DNA of 57,275 nt, taken from positions 1 to 57,275 of the IMG/VR virus record IMGVR_UViG_3300021375_000031, one strand, 5' to 3'. How positions within the stretch are numbered: the first letter of the stretch is position 1; every line of letters starts with the position of its first letter. Positions 8,221-17,020 of the stretch are shown piece by piece. Made by a program: the position numbers and the translations under genes. The stretch is from a virus (lineage: Duplodnaviria > Caudoviricetes). Under the pieces are notes generated by a model. It saw only the letters and a program-made list of their open reading frames with translations. It ran no database searches and had not been told where the DNA came from.

Positions 8221-11097
8221 TTACATATCTTTGATTACGTTGTGAATCTTTCTCAAATAGTTTGCTTGTTCTTGCTGTAATATTTCTGCTCTCAGTTGAG
8301 AATCAGTATTGTCTGTGTTACTAGCATTTAGAATTGCTTGTTGCTTTTTGTATTCTTCTGTGCCTTCTGTGTATTGGGCATCTAAATCTATACCTAGTTG
8401 TTTTGCACTATTCTGCATCAACTCTTTTTGACGGTCTTTGATAGCATCTATATCTGATTGAATACTTTTTCTAGATTTTTTATTACTAGTCATAGCCAAG
8501 TCTTCTTCTAGTATACTTAACTGTGTGTCAAGGTACTTGTCTTCTGCTTGTAAACTTTCCATTAATATATTTGAAAACTTTTCACTGGATTTTGCAATGG
8601 CATTATCAGCCGTCATTCCAAACGGTACTAGGAAATTGTCTGTGAGTATCTGCTTGTATTGATTTATATTTGATGCATCTGTTCGAAGCGAATCAATTTC
8701 ATCAGCACTCCAAGTTAAGCCATCACCTATAGCATCTCCTACCATTTGCGCCGCCGCAGTGGTTAAAAATCCTACTGGTCCTAGTAAAAATCCTAATGCC
8801 CCTATTGCCATACCTATTCCGCCGCCAGTTCCTTCTGCTCTTCTGGCATAAGTTTCTATAATATCTCTGCCTTGTTGCATTTGACCATCTCTGCTACCTG
8901 CCAACATATCACCTATAACATCAGCACCTGAGAAAGCAAGACTGAGTGGTCCTGCAACTCTTCCTGCAGATGAGAGTGCTTTACCTGTTTTAGTTTGACC
9001 CATAAAGTTTAAGGCTGTTGCTCCTGGTCTAGTTTGTGCTAATGCTTGTTGAGATTTACTTAAATTTTTGTATGCGTTTCCACGTTTATCATACAAGCCT
9101 GCATTTGTAATTCTTCCTCCGGCAGGAGTTCTAGTCATACCTGCGGCAAACCTTGTGCCCCTGGTTACTAGAGGTGCAATCATAGGACCTAACACCATTA
9201 AACCTAACACTTTTAAAATAATTTCCATTTTGTCTACTATGCCGCCAAGTACATTGGCAAATGTTGCTAGTGATTTACCAATTCCGTCAAATACTCCTGC
9301 AATATTTTGTGCGGCATCTATGTGTTTATTTTCAGATTTTATACCATTTTCTAGTGCTTTCGTCTGTTCTAGAATTTTTGCCCTTTGATCTTCACTTAAA
9401 GTATCATCATCTCTTAATCTAGCCTTTCTGCCGTCTATTTCTTTCTGCATAAATTTTATATTTTGTGCCGCTTCTTTGGCTCTATCTGCTTTTTCATTGT
9501 CTTCGCTTGACCTAAGACTTCTAACAAAATTCTCTATGTGCTCTGACATCCTGATAGCCATTTTACCAAATTTTTCTCCGAAATTATTTGCCGCAAGTTT
9601 TATTTTTTCGGCATTCAAAGTAAGGCTGTTGCTGAAACCATCTATTGTTGCAGATCCTGGAATTAAAGTGTTCATCAGATTCATTAATGCTGTATTCATT
9701 CCTTTTATAGCATCTTCATTGCTGAATAGTGTGATAAGAAAATTCCCAAAGGAATTCCTAACAGCATCCATATTCCTTCTAAACTGACTGAAATTTTTCA
9801 CTTGATCTTGGGCGAGTTTTTTAGCGGTAAAACCAAATAAAGAAATACTTGTTTTTGCTCTTTCAAAATTGTTAGTGAATTCAAGAAGTTTTGTGGCTGA
9901 TTCATCGCCTGCCCTAGCAAGAATGAATAAACGTTGCCTAGTTGCTTCACTTTGATTGCCTAGCAACTTGCTCATACGTTCTCGCATTTCTACTTCATTT
10001 AATTCTCCTGTGAGCAGACCCATTCGCAAATTTTGAAACTCCTTGTTCATTCCTGGCAATGCTCTCACAATACCAACTGCGGCGTCACTAAAACCTAATG
10101 CTCCTTTACCTGCGGCATCTATAAATGCGGCGGCTATCTGCCCACCTGCTTCTCCGCCCACTCTAATCATTTCATCTGCAAACTTGGTCATTGTGTCTAA
10201 CTGCATTTCTCTGGCTTGTTTGCTACCCCTAGCAAGACCTATTAGTGCATCGCCTGAAGTCACTGCGGCGTGCCTTAATGCTACAAACTCATTCACACTT
10301 AGACCTAAAACTTGTGCGTATTCAATGGCTCTGTCTGCTGATTCTAGCATTGCCGATTCAAAACTCTTAGACCCAACGTCTATCATACCTATTTGATTGA
10401 TTCTGAATTCTGTTTCTCTACCTATAAACTCTGCGGCTTCGGCGGCGGAGTAACCAAATTTTATAAGAGGACTATTTACATCTGTAACTGTTTTTATTAA
10501 ACCACTAAAACTTCGGGCATTTAAGGCTGTTACTCCTGAGAATGTATTAAGCACTCCGGCAAGTTCATCGAACGACATACCCATACCAGTTGCCGTAGTG
10601 GCTAAATCATTTGCAAAACCGTTTACATTCAATGCAAAACCTGTGCCTGCTTGTATGCTGGCTTCCATAGTACCGACATATTTCATCATTGCTTCACCGG
10701 CATAAGTAGCCGCTGTTCTCAGCAACACAAAACCTGCTGTGCCCAATGCACTACTTAATGCTCCAAAACTTCTGCCTAGACTGGCGGCGGCTTTTCGATT
10801 AAATATCGACTGACCTCTTTCAAGTTTTAAATTGTCTACTAAACCAGACCGTTCTCTGTTTTCTTTTTTTAGGTTATTTGCAAATTCATTTGCTGTTCGT
10901 TTAACATCGTCGAATGTTCCTTTGCCTGAGCCTGCATTTTTTACAGTCTGTCTGCTTGATGATCCTGCAGAACCTCCGCCCAGTTTGTTTATTAGATTAA
11001 TTAAATCTTTGGCTGTTTTTTCCGTGATGAAATCTGGTATACCGTCTACCTTAAATTGACTTCCATTGCCTCCAATTTCAGTTAATGTTATTGCCAT
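8221..11097 (-). CDS. Tape measure-like protein (958 aa)
   Basis: Long Ala/Gly-rich helical protein with coiled coils, a hydrophobic segment (ILKVLGLMVLGPMIAPLV) and a glycine zipper (GGGIGMAIGALGFLLGPVG); adjacent to a gp26-like chaperone. Confidence 0.7.
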   Translation of the reverse strand: MAITLTEIGGNGSQFKVDGIPDFITEKTAKDLINLINKLGGGSAGSSSRQTVKNAGSGKGTFDDVKRTANEFANNLKKENRERSGLVDNLKLERGQSIFNRKAAASLGRSFGALSSALGTAGFVLLRTAATYAGEAMMKYVGTMEASIQAGTGFALNVNGFANDLATTATGMGMSFDELAGVLNTFSGVTALNARSFSGLIKTVTDVNSPLIKFGYSAAEAAEFIGRETEFRINQIGMIDVGSKSFESAMLESADRAIEYAQVLGLSVNEFVALRHAAVTSGDALIGLARGSKQAREMQLDTMTKFADEMIRVGGEAGGQIAAAFIDAAGKGALGFSDAAVGIVRALPGMNKEFQNLRMGLLTGELNEVEMRERMSKLLGNQSEATRQRLFILARAGDESATKLLEFTNNFERAKTSISLFGFTAKKLAQDQVKNFSQFRRNMDAVRNSFGNFLITLFSNEDAIKGMNTALMNLMNTLIPGSATIDGFSNSLTLNAEKIKLAANNFGEKFGKMAIRMSEHIENFVRSLRSSEDNEKADRAKEAAQNIKFMQKEIDGRKARLRDDDTLSEDQRAKILEQTKALENGIKSENKHIDAAQNIAGVFDGIGKSLATFANVLGGIVDKMEIILKVLGLMVLGPMIAPLVTRGTRFAAGMTRTPAGGRITNAGLYDKRGNAYKNLSKSQQALAQTRPGATALNFMGQTKTGKALSSAGRVAGPLSLAFSGADVIGDMLAGSRDGQMQQGRDIIETYARRAEGTGGGIGMAIGALGFLLGPVGFLTTAAAQMVGDAIGDGLTWSADEIDSLRTDASNINQYKQILTDNFLVPFGMTADNAIAKSSEKFSNILMESLQAEDKYLDTQLSILEEDLAMTSNKKSRKSIQSDIDAIKDRQKELMQNSAKQLGIDLDAQYTEGTEEYKKQQAILNASNTDNTDSQLRAEILQQEQANYLRKIHNVIKDM

Positions 11098-11112
11098 TAA
11101 TCACGATCCAGT

Positions 11113-11168
11113 TAAAACTAGTTTTTACGAAGATAAATACTTTCCTAGTTAAGTTATAACTATTTATC
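11113..11168. promoter_or_regulatory. Face-to-face late promoters (GATAAATA + at 11132-11139; - at 11161-11168) with palindrome TAAAAC-TA-GTTTT
   Basis: Read directly in the 91-nt gap between the divergent tape measure and gp26-like genes. Confidence 0.7.
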
Positions 11169-11188
11169 AAAACTAATTTGGAGCAGAA

Positions 11189-12082
11189 ATGAGCGACGAG
11201 AACACACAGAATATAGCAAGTAACCCACTTAAAGGGTTTTTTAGAAATCCAGGATTATATATTTCACTACCCAGTAGTGGAGCATTTTACGAACCAGGAG
11301 AAATAAAATTCGACAGAGGAGAAGAATTAGCAGTTTATCCTATGACAGCACAAGACGAAATGATTACAAGAAGTCCTGATGCATTATTAAACGGAGATGC
11401 TGTTTACAAAGTTATTGCAAGTTGCGTACCTGGAATTATATATCCAACAAAATTAACAGCCAAAGATGCTCAATCATTAATGATTGGTATTAGATGTGCT
11501 ACTTACGGCGATGAGCAAGAAATAAATCAAACGTGTCCGGAATGTAGAGCAGAAAGCAAGTATATGATGAACCTTAGAGATGTTATTGCAAACATTGAAC
11601 CGTTCACTGACAATCACGAAGTTAAAACTTCAAATGGTTTAAAAATTGTGCTTACACCAGTAAGTTACGATTCAACGTTGGCTACTAGCAGATACACATT
11701 TGAAAATGCTTCTATTTTAGCCAGTATGGCAAATGTGGCAGATGAAGATGCTGTTACGCAAACAGAAAGAATGGAAACATTTAGAAATGCTTTTGCCAAA
11801 ATGGCAAATTTAAATTTACAAATTATGTTAGACAGTATCAAATCTATTACTATACACAATGCTTCAGAAGAAACACAAGAAACAGTTGTTACTGACAAAG
11901 AACATATTACTGAATTCCTAACCAACTGTGATGCTAAAACCAGCCAACAGATTGAACAAGCAATAGCAGAATACAATAGCACAATTTCAACTGAAACATT
12001 ATCTGCAACTTGTGGCGAATGTTCACACGATTATGAAACACCATTGGAGTTTGATCCAGTAAGTTTTTTCTCAGGGTCCTAA
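11189..12082 (+). CDS. gp26: Baseplate hub assembly/tail chaperone, T4 gp26-like
   Basis: NPL..FFR.P.LYI.LPS.G.FY, VYPMTAQDE, IR.ATYG, two CxxC motifs (CPEC, CGEC), ending FDPVSFF. Confidence 0.75.
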   Translation: MSDENTQNIASNPLKGFFRNPGLYISLPSSGAFYEPGEIKFDRGEELAVYPMTAQDEMITRSPDALLNGDAVYKVIASCVPGIIYPTKLTAKDAQSLMIGIRCATYGDEQEINQTCPECRAESKYMMNLRDVIANIEPFTDNHEVKTSNGLKIVLTPVSYDSTLATSRYTFENASILASMANVADEDAVTQTERMETFRNAFAKMANLNLQIMLDSIKSITIHNASEETQETVVTDKEHITEFLTNCDAKTSQQIEQAIAEYNSTISTETLSATCGECSHDYETPLEFDPVSFFSGS

Positions 12083-12120
12083 GTAGCGAAGATCCTGAAC
12101 TGATCCAGGAGTACTTAGGA
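12064..12120 (+). other. Candidate programmed -1 ribosomal frameshift signal
   Basis: In-frame T TTT TTC heptamer, 6-nt spacer, stem TCCTAAGTA (12077-85)/TACTTAGGA (12112-20) with inner TCCTG/CAGGA. Confidence 0.7.
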
Positions 12121-12312
12121 CGAATCAAGCAAGAATCAGAAGAGATTGTTAGATCCCTAACACTAATAGTAATGAATTACGAAGGTGGTATAAGTTATTC
12201 CGAAGTATGGGAAATGTCTCATTATCAAAGAGATATAGCAATAAAAGAACTAGTCAAGAAGAGTGATGCAATAAAGTCTTCTCAAGGCATTTCAACTCAA
12301 AAACAATTATAA
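12070..12312 (+). CDS. gp51-like C-terminal ORF without its own start, probably expressed by -1 frameshift from gp26-like (fusion ~374 aa)
   Basis: The -1 frame reads LRVLSSEDPELIQEYLGRIKQESEEIVRSLTLIVMNYEGGISYSEVWEMSHYQRDIAIKEL...KQL*. GGISYSEVWEMS..QR resembles gp51/gpT-type chaperone tails. Slippery site at 12064-12070. Confidence 0.7.
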   Translation, partial: LRVLSSEDPELIQEYLGRIKQESEEIVRSLTLIVMNYEGGISYSEVWEMSHYQRDIAIKELVKKSDAIKSSQGISTQKQL

Positions 12313-12339
12313 AGAACTATAAACAACTAAACACTTTAT

Positions 12340-12357
12340 AGACACTTCGTGTCTTTT
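12340..12357 (+). terminator. Probable terminator for the gp26/gp51 transcript
   Basis: AGACAC-TTC-GTGTCT followed by TTT, ~28 nt after the 12312 stop. Confidence 0.5.
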
Positions 12358-12856
12358 AAAACTACATTCAATCGTTTCGTTTCACTTCACTCTTTCATTT
12401 GTTTTAAAGTTTTTTAAATTAATATTTAATTAACATTGGCTTATCTCGAAAGTGGAGTCATAATTCACCCTTGCGGGTGAAAAATAAATCTCATCTCGAT
12501 GAGCCTCGTCATCTCTAACCCAGGTGCTATAAAGAGGTGGTGAGCCTTATCCCCTCATACACTACTGTCACGAATCTCACGGAAACCAATATAACCTGGT
12601 AGAGTTGAGTTATATTGACTGCAGGTTGCTTTTTCTCAGAGCCTGATCATTTAATACTGTTTGTCGTTTGTCTGTATTTCATTTAACGCCATACATTCCA
12701 GAATCTCGCACCGGGTGTTTCCATTGCCGGATTGTCAAAGAAATCGATATTAATAGCCTCGATGGGGTGGTGTATGGACCTATGTGTGCCTTGTGTAGCC
12801 TTGTGTGTTTGACTTTGCGTCTGTGTGTGCCGTAATGTTTGTTGTTGCAAAAATAG
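12340..12856 (-). ncRNA. Large structured non-coding RNA candidate (~500 nt), family not identified
   Basis: No ORF of 60 aa or more. Helices include TTCACCC-GCAA-GGGTGAA (GNRA loop on the - strand), CAATATAAC/GTTATATTG, CTCATC/GATGAG, ATCGA/TCGAT, CCGG/CCGG around a GAAA loop, CAGG/CCTG, and a long-range 9/10 pairing of 12556-65 with 12767-76. Confidence 0.65.
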
Positions 12857-13282
12857 TTATCTATCTTTTAATGCTTCTTTTAATATTTGTGAACCTCCGA
12901 CTCTTACATTGATGATTCCGTTGTAATAGTCGTCACTTAATAATACTTTGTGTTTGAATTGTAGTTCTGCTTCAACGTAACTTGCTACTCCTCTACTAGG
13001 GCAATACTCTAATATCTCTCTAGTAAATTGGTCTTCTCCAAGTTCGTTGACGTCATTTATTAAATGATCCGAACTCCCCCAATAAGTACGCCAGTCACTT
13101 TCTTTATAACCACGTCTTTTATTCTTTCTGCCTTTTAATGGGGGTTTGGTTGTTTTGAATTTGGCAAGTTTCTTACCAATATACTTCATACCGTTTTGGT
13201 TGTTTGTGATTAAATATACAAATGCTTCGCAATCATCAGGAAGTGTGTCTACTACTTTACCGTTATGTGTCCAGTCGCTCAT
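12857..13282 (-). CDS. Small stand-alone GIY-YIG endonuclease (Seg-like catalytic domain only)
   Basis: FVYLITN..NGMKYIGKK, YWGSS, FTREILEYC, E..LQF, YYNG; TAATG-coupled to gp46. Confidence 0.8.
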   Translation of the reverse strand: MSDWTHNGKVVDTLPDDCEAFVYLITNNQNGMKYIGKKLAKFKTTKPPLKGRKNKRRGYKESDWRTYWGSSDHLINDVNELGEDQFTREILEYCPSRGVASYVEAELQFKHKVLLSDDYYNGIINVRVGGSQILKEALKDR

Positions 13283-15048
13283 TAGTTTACATACTCCGTA
13301 TCGGTATTGTAACTAGTGAAGCCTCCCTCTTTGATTACAGTTAGTACATTGTTCACTCTGCCTTGTAGTTCTTCTCTGTGGCTGATTAAGTAAATGTTTT
13401 TGTTCTGCTCTCTGCTCATTTTTTTAAGTATGCTAAGAGCATTCTCTACACCTACACCGTCTAGTCCACTGTCTATGAGTTCGTCTATGCAAAGGAAATT
13501 CATTGGCTGATTAAGACTCTCATATATGTCTCTAAATGCCCAACTAAGACTTAAAATGAGTCTATTTCGCTCTCCTCTACTAAGGTTATCAAAGTCTAAG
13601 TCACGTCCAAATTCTGTAATTTCTACACTTAAATCGCTCTTAAATTTAACATCGTGTGGTAATCCTATGCGTTCTAGGTAGTTTGCAAGCCTATGATTGA
13701 GGAACATTAAGTTTTGGTCAATTATACGTCTTCTAATAAAACTATCTTTAGAAGTCAATAGTTTATATAAGAAATCTTGATGTTCTCTTAACTCATTCAA
13801 CTCGTTTACAGTCTCCCAACTTATAGGTTGTAGTCCTGTATCTTCTAATGTTTTAATTTGTTCTATATACGGATTCTCTAATGCTACAGCATCTTTAAGT
13901 TGCTGGGCAATATTGTTTAAATTGTTTTGATGTGCTATTGCTTCTTCTTTTGTGTGGTAAAACACTTCTGGTGATTCTGGAATATCGCCTACATCATCTA
14001 TGTCTTTTGTGATGTTTACAATATTTTTATCTAGTTCTTTGAAATGTTCTTGTTCTGTTGCTAGTTTGTTTTCTAAATCTTGTGTGTATTCTTCGTGTGT
14101 ATCTAAATGTGCTGTACTTTGTTCACAAGCAGGGCAAACACCTTCTTTTGCTTTTTCGATGTTTACTTTTAATTCTTGTATTCTAGTATCGGATCTTGCA
14201 AGACTGGATACGTTTGAGTCTAAATCTTTTTGCAGTTGTTTTTTCAAGGTAGACTTTTCGTTTATTTCACCTAGTAGTGTATGCGACTCTAGTTCTGTAT
14301 CTATATCTATCTCTTGTAGTGTTGCAATAGCAGTTTCAAAGTTAGCAATCTTGTCATTGCTATTCTTTTGCCACGCCTTACTGCGACTTTCAATATCTTT
14401 TATGCTTTTTTCAACTCTGCTGTTGCTATCTTTAACAGCATTTATTCTAATCTCTTCTTCTTTTATACTGTCTCTAGTTTCTTTTAGTCTAACTTTAAGT
14501 ATTTCTGCTTTTTCACTTAGTTCTGTTATGCCCAACAGTTGCTCAATCATTGCACGTTGGTCATTTGCTTTCATACCTAAGAACGGTTCGGTGTAAGTGT
14601 TAAGTGCAACAATGTGTTTGAACATATTATGACTAAAACCAATTAGTTTTTCTATATCCTTTTGTGTCTCTCTGCTGTCACCTTGTTGTTCTTGGTCTTC
14701 TTTTTCTTCTCCGTTCACATAAAACTTTAAAAAGTTAGGACGTCTTGCTCTTTCTATTTTGTACTCTATGCCATTTTTTTCAAACTCCACACTTACAACC
14801 ATATTCTTACCATTTGTTTTGTTGATAAGATTATCTCTTCTAATGTTTGTTAGTGCTTCACCATATAAGGCATAACTGAGTGCATTGATAATAGTAGTTT
14901 TACCAGTACCATTTCTGCTACCGTCTCCACCTAGGTCTAAATTATTACCTAAAACCAGTGTGAGTGTTTCACTGTCGAATCTTACTCCTTGTGTGTTGTT
15001 ACCAACACTCATAAAATTCTTTACAGTTAATGATTTAATCTTTAGCAT
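13282..15048 (-). CDS. gp46: Recombination endonuclease ATPase subunit (SbcC/Rad50-like)
   Basis: Walker A NGTGKTT, zinc hook CPAC, signature LSRGE, Walker B IDELID, ISH. Confidence 0.95.
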   Translation of the reverse strand: MLKIKSLTVKNFMSVGNNTQGVRFDSETLTLVLGNNLDLGGDGSRNGTGKTTIINALSYALYGEALTNIRRDNLINKTNGKNMVVSVEFEKNGIEYKIERARRPNFLKFYVNGEEKEDQEQQGDSRETQKDIEKLIGFSHNMFKHIVALNTYTEPFLGMKANDQRAMIEQLLGITELSEKAEILKVRLKETRDSIKEEEIRINAVKDSNSRVEKSIKDIESRSKAWQKNSNDKIANFETAIATLQEIDIDTELESHTLLGEINEKSTLKKQLQKDLDSNVSSLARSDTRIQELKVNIEKAKEGVCPACEQSTAHLDTHEEYTQDLENKLATEQEHFKELDKNIVNITKDIDDVGDIPESPEVFYHTKEEAIAHQNNLNNIAQQLKDAVALENPYIEQIKTLEDTGLQPISWETVNELNELREHQDFLYKLLTSKDSFIRRRIIDQNLMFLNHRLANYLERIGLPHDVKFKSDLSVEITEFGRDLDFDNLSRGERNRLILSLSWAFRDIYESLNQPMNFLCIDELIDSGLDGVGVENALSILKKMSREQNKNIYLISHREELQGRVNNVLTVIKEGGFTSYNTDTEYVN

Positions 15049-15049
15049 A

Positions 15050-16063
15050 TTAAATTTCTATATCGTTATAAATGTCTATTAGCATTTGTTTATCGATTGT
15101 ATTACTTTCTACAGTTTCTAATTGTTGCAACACAATTTGGTTAACTGTTTCAAAATGAATATCCTCTTCTACATACTCTTCTGCTTCTTCTTTTGCAGGT
15201 ATAAGACTGAGTTCTCTTACTCCAAACTGTTTGCTAAATGCTTCTTTAATAAATGTTGCTTCTTCATAACTGATAGGCACATCTATCTTAACCCTAGCAT
15301 AAGTGTTTTCATTAAGTAGTTCATCTTTTTCATCTAGAAGTTGTTTTAGTCCACAACTTACATATCTAGGACAGTCGGGCCAGTTTACAAACACCGGCTC
15401 TTGGTCCCATTCTAAAAACATTGCTCCACGTTCGTTATCGAACACGTCTGCGTAATTGTGCGGGAAAGCATTACCTATATAATGTATATTGTTTTTGTAT
15501 TGACGTTTGTGGAAGTGCCCACTAAACACATACTCGGGTCCTTCTAAATGTTCTGCTTTAATTCCACCGTGGTCTGGCATCTCTACCATTGCATTCATTT
15601 TAAAGTATGGTAATTCAAAGTGACCAAACATATATTTAACTTGCATCTTTGCAACTTGTTTATGTTCATCTCCGACTAGCCAAGGGATAATAGCACAGTC
15701 TCCTTGTTCCATTATCTCATCTACCATAACAAAGTTATCTAAGTCTCTAGCAAACTCCATACTGTTGAGTTCACGTTTGTCTCTGTAAAACAAATCGTGG
15801 TTACCTGTTATAAAGTAAACAGTCTCAAATGCGTCGTTAAGTTTCTTTAAGTCTCTCCAACTCGCATTTAGTGTTGCCACGTTTACACTTGCTCTTTGAT
15901 GATGCCAATCACCCAAGAACAAACAAGTCTCTGCACCTCTGGCGTGAGCCTCGGCAATAAACCAGTCTATAAATTTGTTACAGTCTTTAAGATGAACACC
16001 GCTATTTGATTTCAAGCCGTAGTGTATATCTGTAAATACTGCGGCGTGTTTAAATAGATTCAT
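15050..16063 (-). CDS. gp47: Recombination endonuclease nuclease subunit (SbcD/Mre11-like)
   Basis: Metallophosphoesterase motifs TDIHYG, LGDWHH, GNHD, GHFE, SGHFH. Confidence 0.95.
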   Translation of the reverse strand: MNLFKHAAVFTDIHYGLKSNSGVHLKDCNKFIDWFIAEAHARGAETCLFLGDWHHQRASVNVATLNASWRDLKKLNDAFETVYFITGNHDLFYRDKRELNSMEFARDLDNFVMVDEIMEQGDCAIIPWLVGDEHKQVAKMQVKYMFGHFELPYFKMNAMVEMPDHGGIKAEHLEGPEYVFSGHFHKRQYKNNIHYIGNAFPHNYADVFDNERGAMFLEWDQEPVFVNWPDCPRYVSCGLKQLLDEKDELLNENTYARVKIDVPISYEEATFIKEAFSKQFGVRELSLIPAKEEAEEYVEEDIHFETVNQIVLQQLETVESNTIDKQMLIDIYNDIEI

Positions 16064-16910
16064 CTAAATTGGTATTTTCCTGCTTTGCTAATTCTCTGTT
16101 TGCTTTAGTTTCTTCTTCGTGTTTGATTTGTCTAGTGAAACTTGGCAACTGCCCTGCTTCGATAAGTAAATCATCTCTGATGTTTTGATTACGTTTTTCA
16201 ATGTTTAAAACTCTAGTAAAACTATTTGTAATTGCGGCAGTATAATAAGCAAATGGATTATCCGATTTTGCTTCATTAAACTGTAAACCAATTTGTGCTA
16301 ATTGCACTAATGCCTGACCTCTCATTTCATCAACGTAAGTATATCCTCTCCAGTTTGCTCTTTGACTATATCTTTCAACTAACTTTAAGAACATATGGCC
16401 CAACTTGGGAGTAATAGTTCCTTTGGTTAAATCAAACTTACCACTCTTAGGTCCGCCATTCCAATGACTTCTTGCTACTTCTGTAAGTTCGTCATCTTTG
16501 TAAGCATAGTGTTTAAAAGGTAAAAAGTTTAGTTTTACTTTTGTTTCTGCAATGTTCTTAGGATTATTTTTCCTACCTGGTTCATCAGGTATGTGGTCAA
16601 AGTCCATAACTCTAAAAGTTAATTCATCTAAACTAAAACTATCTGGATCAATAATAAATTCCTTTTGTCTAGGTTTTTTATTTGCTGGACCATCGTATTC
16701 TGCTACAGCAGATTTATAGTTTAGTTCTTTTAATTTTTGTGCTTTATTAATTCTTGCAGTTTCAATTGCATTGCTGTCAATTTCATCTGTGTGATTTACA
16801 ATAATATCAAAATCATAGTGGTTTTGTGATTTAACCCAACAAAACGACATTTTGCTTTTGTGAATCTCTAATAAGATATCTTTATTATTAAGATAATTTG
16901 TTTTAGCCAT
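16050..16910 (-). CDS. gp55: Late-transcription sigma factor, T4 gp55 family (start revised to ATG 16910, 286 aa)
   Basis: NYLNNKD.L.EI, NWRGYTY.DEM, QFNEAKSDNPFAYYT. GGAG RBS at 16916-16919; the track start 16937 falls inside the -10 box. Confidence 0.88.
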   Translation of the reverse strand: MAKTNYLNNKDILLEIHKSKMSFCWVKSQNHYDFDIIVNHTDEIDSNAIETARINKAQKLKELNYKSAVAEYDGPANKKPRQKEFIIDPDSFSLDELTFRVMDFDHIPDEPGRKNNPKNIAETKVKLNFLPFKHYAYKDDELTEVARSHWNGGPKSGKFDLTKGTITPKLGHMFLKLVERYSQRANWRGYTYVDEMRGQALVQLAQIGLQFNEAKSDNPFAYYTAAITNSFTRVLNIEKRNQNIRDDLLIEAGQLPSFTRQIKHEEETKANRELAKQENTNLDESI

Positions 16911-16936
16911 TTGTTCTCCAAATATATTTTTAAACA

Positions 16937-16965
16937 ATTATAGTACACTTTTACGGCATTGTCAA
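16937..16965 (-). promoter_or_regulatory. Consensus sigma70 (early) promoter for gp55-gp47-gp46-GIY-YIG
   Basis: Perfect TTGACA-N17-TATAAT. Confidence 0.9.
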
Positions 16966-16988
16966 GTATTACTTATGCTTTTCTTTAT

Positions 16989-17020
16989 ATTAAAACGTGT
17001 TTTATTGATAACGATAAATA
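16989..17020 (+). promoter_or_regulatory. Palindrome TAAAAC-GT-GTTTTA plus late promoter GATAAATA (17013-17020)
   Basis: Read directly; AGGAG RBS and ATG 17040 follow. Confidence 0.7.

Noticed and set aside
12710-12738. TTGACA on the minus strand inside the RNA region as a promoter
   Set aside because: No -10 box at 16-18 nt; the position falls in a CCGG stem.
12313-12856. Reading the gap as tmRNA, RNase P RNA, a group I/II intron, a tRNA cluster or a CRISPR array
   Set aside because: I could not see tRNA-like ends or a T-loop, the RNase P GAGGAAAGUCC motif, intron domain V or P7, an interrupted gene, or regularly spaced 25-40 nt repeats. A covariance-model search is still needed.
16911-16937. 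ORF-track start of gp55 at 16937
   Set aside because: TTG overlaps the -10 box; ATG 16910 has a GGAG SD.
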